In this document: piece by piece, positions 8,617 to 10,894 of the stretch
Numbering within the stretch: position 1 is the stretch's first letter
Layout: each line of letters starts with the position of its first letter
Origin: Candidatus Eiseniibacteriota bacterium
GTDB taxonomy: Bacteria; Eisenbacteria; RBG-16-71-46; CAZEPH01
Direction of reading: 5' to 3'
DNA: 10,894 bases
Assembly (NCBI GenBank): GCA_044229145.1
Contig: JBGATO010000106.1
Location: 1 to 10,894, forward strand
Program-made: the position numbers and the translations under genes
The notes under the pieces: model-generated
The model's database searches: none
The model's input: only the letters and a program-made list of their open reading frames with translations
Told to the model about the DNA's origin: nothing

Positions 8617-9371
8617 GCGAGCCTGTGCTGCGCGCCCTCGTCGTCGACGACGAACCGCCGGCGCGCGCCCTGCTGCGCGAATATCTCAGCGCCGAACCCG
8701 GCATCGAGGTGATCGGCGAAGCGGCCAACGGGTTCGACGCGGTGAAGGCGTGCGGCGAGCTGCGGCCCGACCTCATGTTCCTCGACGTGCAGATGCCGAA
8801 GCTGACCGGGTTCGAGGTGCTCGAGTTGCTGGACGCACCGCCGGCGGTCGTGTTCTGCACCGCGTACGACGAATACGCGCTGAAGGCGTTCGACGTGCAT
8901 GCGGTGGACTACCTGCTCAAGCCGTTCGGGCGCGACCGTCTGCGCGAAGCGTTGGCGCGGGTGCGCGAACGGCTCGCCGCCACGCCGCCGGCCGAGACCA
9001 CGACGTCGCCGACGGCACTCGCCGCCGCCGCGCGTCCCGCCGGACACTACTGCGAACGCGTGGTCATCCGCGATGGCGCGCAGATCCACGTGGTCGCCGC
9101 GGAACAGATCGACAGGTTGGAAGCGCAGGGCGATTACGTGCTGGTGTGTTCCGGCGCGCAGTCGTGGCTCAAGCACCAGACGCTCGCGGAGCTCGCGGAG
9201 ACGCTCGATCCGCAGCGCTTCATCCGCGTGCACCGCTCGCACGTGGTGGCGCTCGATCGCATCGCGCGGCTCGAGTTGTACGCGAAGGACAGCCGCGTGG
9301 CGATCCTGCGCGACGGACACGAGGTGCCGGTCAGCCGTGCCGGCCACACGCGTCTGCGCGAGTTGATGTAG
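8613..9371 (+). CDS. LytR/AlgR-family response regulator (receiver + LytTR DNA-binding domain), 252 aa
   Basis: C-terminal part of ORF 6891..9371. ATGA overlap with the kinase stop and AAGGAG at 8599-8604. LVVDDEPPAR, FLDVQMP, FCTAYDEYALKAF, DYLLKPF, and LytTR motifs EAQGDYV, FIRVHRSHVV, VPVSR. Confidence 0.96.
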   Translation: MSEPVLRALVVDDEPPARALLREYLSAEPGIEVIGEAANGFDAVKACGELRPDLMFLDVQMPKLTGFEVLELLDAPPAVVFCTAYDEYALKAFDVHAVDYLLKPFGRDRLREALARVRERLAATPPAETTTSPTALAAAARPAGHYCERVVIRDGAQIHVVAAEQIDRLEAQGDYVLVCSGAQSWLKHQTLAELAETLDPQRFIRVHRSHVVALDRIARLELYAKDSRVAILRDGHEVPVSRAGHTRLRELM

Positions 9372-9373
9372 AG

Positions 9374-10522
9374 CTAGCGCACGACCCGCACCACACGGCA
9401 GGCAAGCGGCGCGCCGGCACCCTCGGTGCGCGCGAAGTAGATGCCTGGCGCCGCACGGCGTCCCGCGGCATCGCGGCCATCCCATTCGACGTCGAGCGAA
9501 TCGCCGGCCAAATGCGCTTCGGCGACGAGATCGCGCAGCGCGCGGCCGCTGCAATCGACGATGCGCAGGCGCATGACACCCGCCGCCGTCGCACGGCACG
9601 CGAACGTCGTCACGCCGGACGCGGCATCGGTGTGCGCCGACAACGTGCGCGCGATCGGGCCGGGAGGACCGACGTCCGTCACCGAGCCCGGAATGTGCGG
9701 CCGGCCCGCGTTCACCCACGCGGTGTACACCAAACTCGCGAGCGACACGCTGGCACGCGTCAGCTGATCGCTCGTGATGCCGCCGAGCCGCGACCACAGC
9801 CCCGCGTAGTAGGTCGAATTGTACGAACCGCCGCTCGCCGCCTTCGCCGCGGTGTCGGCGTGCAGCACGGTGTCGACCCGCGCCCAGCCGCGCGTCACGA
9901 AGCTGAAAACCGAATCGACCGTGTTGGGGATCCACACCGCGCCGCCGACGGCGGGAATCACGATCGTCGAGCCGTAGGTGTTCAGCATCGACGTCTCGTA
10001 GCGCGAGTGGATGCCGTTGTTGCCACTGTACTGGCCATCGTAATTCTTCGTGCAGTGCAGCGGCTGGTGGCAATCGCCGACGTAGTGCGCGAGATCCGCG
10101 ACCAACAACGCGGCGCCGCTCCACCGCTCGGCGCGCAGGCTGTCGGTGAGCGCCACCATCGTGGTGTCCTCGGCCCACGGCTGCGTGCCGTTGTGCAGCA
10201 CCGTGTAGTCGGAGTACTCGGCCGCGAGCGCATTGCGGTCGTGCGTCAACGTGCCGCTCCAAAACTCCGCGTACCAGTCGATGTCGAGGAAGTGCCGGTA
10301 GCTCTCGGACGGATACTGCGAGCCCTTGCGGTTGTCCGGATCCATCACGTGCGCGTTGACGATCGAATCGTACTGCGCGAACGCCGCCATCTCGGCCGGC
10401 AACTGCTTCGAGTAGTTCTGCGCGACGATTTGATGGCCGACGGTGCCCCACGCGAAGGCGCGTGCGGCGGTCAGCGACAACAGGACGGCGAGGGCGACAC
10501 GACGGGTCCACGATGCGTGCAC
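9374..10522 (-). CDS. Secreted S1/P1 nuclease / Zn-dependent phospholipase C family enzyme with C-terminal FlgD-Ig-like domain (382 aa)
   Basis: GTG 10522 with AAGGAG 5 nt upstream (10533-10528). Signal peptide ends ARAFA|WGTVGH. Zn-ligand motifs W1/H6, DPD, HFLD, LAHYVGDCHQPLH and HSRYE. C-terminus LRIVDCSGRALRDL...VEWDGRDAAGRRAAPGIYFAR. Confidence 0.88.
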   Translation of the reverse strand: MHASWTRRVALAVLLSLTAARAFAWGTVGHQIVAQNYSKQLPAEMAAFAQYDSIVNAHVMDPDNRKGSQYPSESYRHFLDIDWYAEFWSGTLTHDRNALAAEYSDYTVLHNGTQPWAEDTTMVALTDSLRAERWSGAALLVADLAHYVGDCHQPLHCTKNYDGQYSGNNGIHSRYETSMLNTYGSTIVIPAVGGAVWIPNTVDSVFSFVTRGWARVDTVLHADTAAKAASGGSYNSTYYAGLWSRLGGITSDQLTRASVSLASLVYTAWVNAGRPHIPGSVTDVGPPGPIARTLSAHTDAASGVTTFACRATAAGVMRLRIVDCSGRALRDLVAEAHLAGDSLDVEWDGRDAAGRRAAPGIYFARTEGAGAPLACRVVRVVR

Positions 10523-10549
10523 GATGACTCCTTCCCGAGGGCGATCCCG

Positions 10550-10558
10550 AGCGTACCA
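10550..10558 (-). promoter_or_regulatory. Candidate extended -10 element for the nuclease gene
   Basis: The minus strand reads TGgTACGCT (10558-10550), ending 27 bp upstream of the GTG start. No clear -35. Confidence 0.4.
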
Positions 10559-10596
10559 CGCACGGCGATGCGCCGCGAGAACCGCCCGGCGGCGTC

Positions 10597-10625
10597 TTGA
10601 CAGCGTGCGCGACGCTCGCCACCGT
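10597..10625 (+). promoter_or_regulatory. Candidate sigma70 promoter for the TolC-like gene
   Basis: Perfect TTGACA (10597-10602), 17-bp spacer, CACCGT (10620-10625). GGAGG follows at 10639-10643. Confidence 0.55.
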
Positions 10626-10651
10626 GGCCGGCGGCACCGGAGGACGACGCA

Positions 10652-10894
10652 GTGAAGGCGTGGTGGATGGCGATGGGTCTGGCGGCGGCGAGCTCGGCGC
10701 ACGCCGAGACCCGCGAAGTGTCGATGTCGTGGCACGATGCGTTGCGCCTGGCGCGCACCGCGCCATTGGCGCGCGCTGCGGCCGCGGATGCCGAGGCCGC
10801 GCGCGCCCGCGCCGCCGAAGCGCGCGCCGCGGCATGGCCGCAGCTCACGCTATCCGGCTTGGTCACGCCGTGGCAGAAGGCGCCCGACGTCGTG
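10652..10894 (+). CDS. Probable TolC-family outer-membrane efflux protein, N-terminal 81 codons (runs off the right edge)
   Basis: Not in the ORF track; translated by hand. GGAGG, 8 nt, then GTG. MKAWWMAMGLAAASSAHA|ETREVSMSWHDALRLARTAPLARAAAADAEAARARAAEARAAAWPQLTLSG gives a signal peptide, an Ala-rich helix and the P-x-L-x-L strand start typical of OEP/TolC proteins. Only a fragment is visible. Confidence 0.7.
   Translation, partial: MKAWWMAMGLAAASSAHAETREVSMSWHDALRLARTAPLARAAAADAEAARARAAEARAAAWPQLTLSGLVTPWQKAPDVV

Overview
GC-rich bacterial chromosomal window with 11 supportable genes in five transcription units and no mobile element, RNA gene or CRISPR array. (1) A minus-strand OmpR-family response regulator plus a HAMP sensor kinase cut by the left edge. 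(2) A divergent plus-strand operon for de novo vitamin B6 synthesis: MocR/GabR-type PLP-binding regulator (pdxR-like), pdxS, pdxT and a two-domain GNAT acetyltransferase. (3) A four-gene envelope-stress module: small LiaI/LiaF-TM membrane protein, LiaF-like protein, LytS/AlgZ-type kinase and LytTR regulator. (4) A convergent secreted S1/P1-nuclease/PLC-family Zn enzyme with a C-terminal FlgD-Ig/sorting-like domain, which hints at an FCB-group host such as Eisenbacteria or relatives (inference). (5) The start of a probable TolC-family protein at the right edge. Each of the three regulators has a candidate self-binding site upstream of its own operon: an 11-bp-period repeat, an ATTGG(T/C)C direct and inverted array, and AlgR-like CCGTTC repeats 21 bp apart. 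The most unusual signal is that PdxR, PdxS and PdxT all carry extra low-complexity segments containing Asn-Gly. I cannot show from sequence alone that any of this is undescribed. All family calls come from motif recognition, not database searches.
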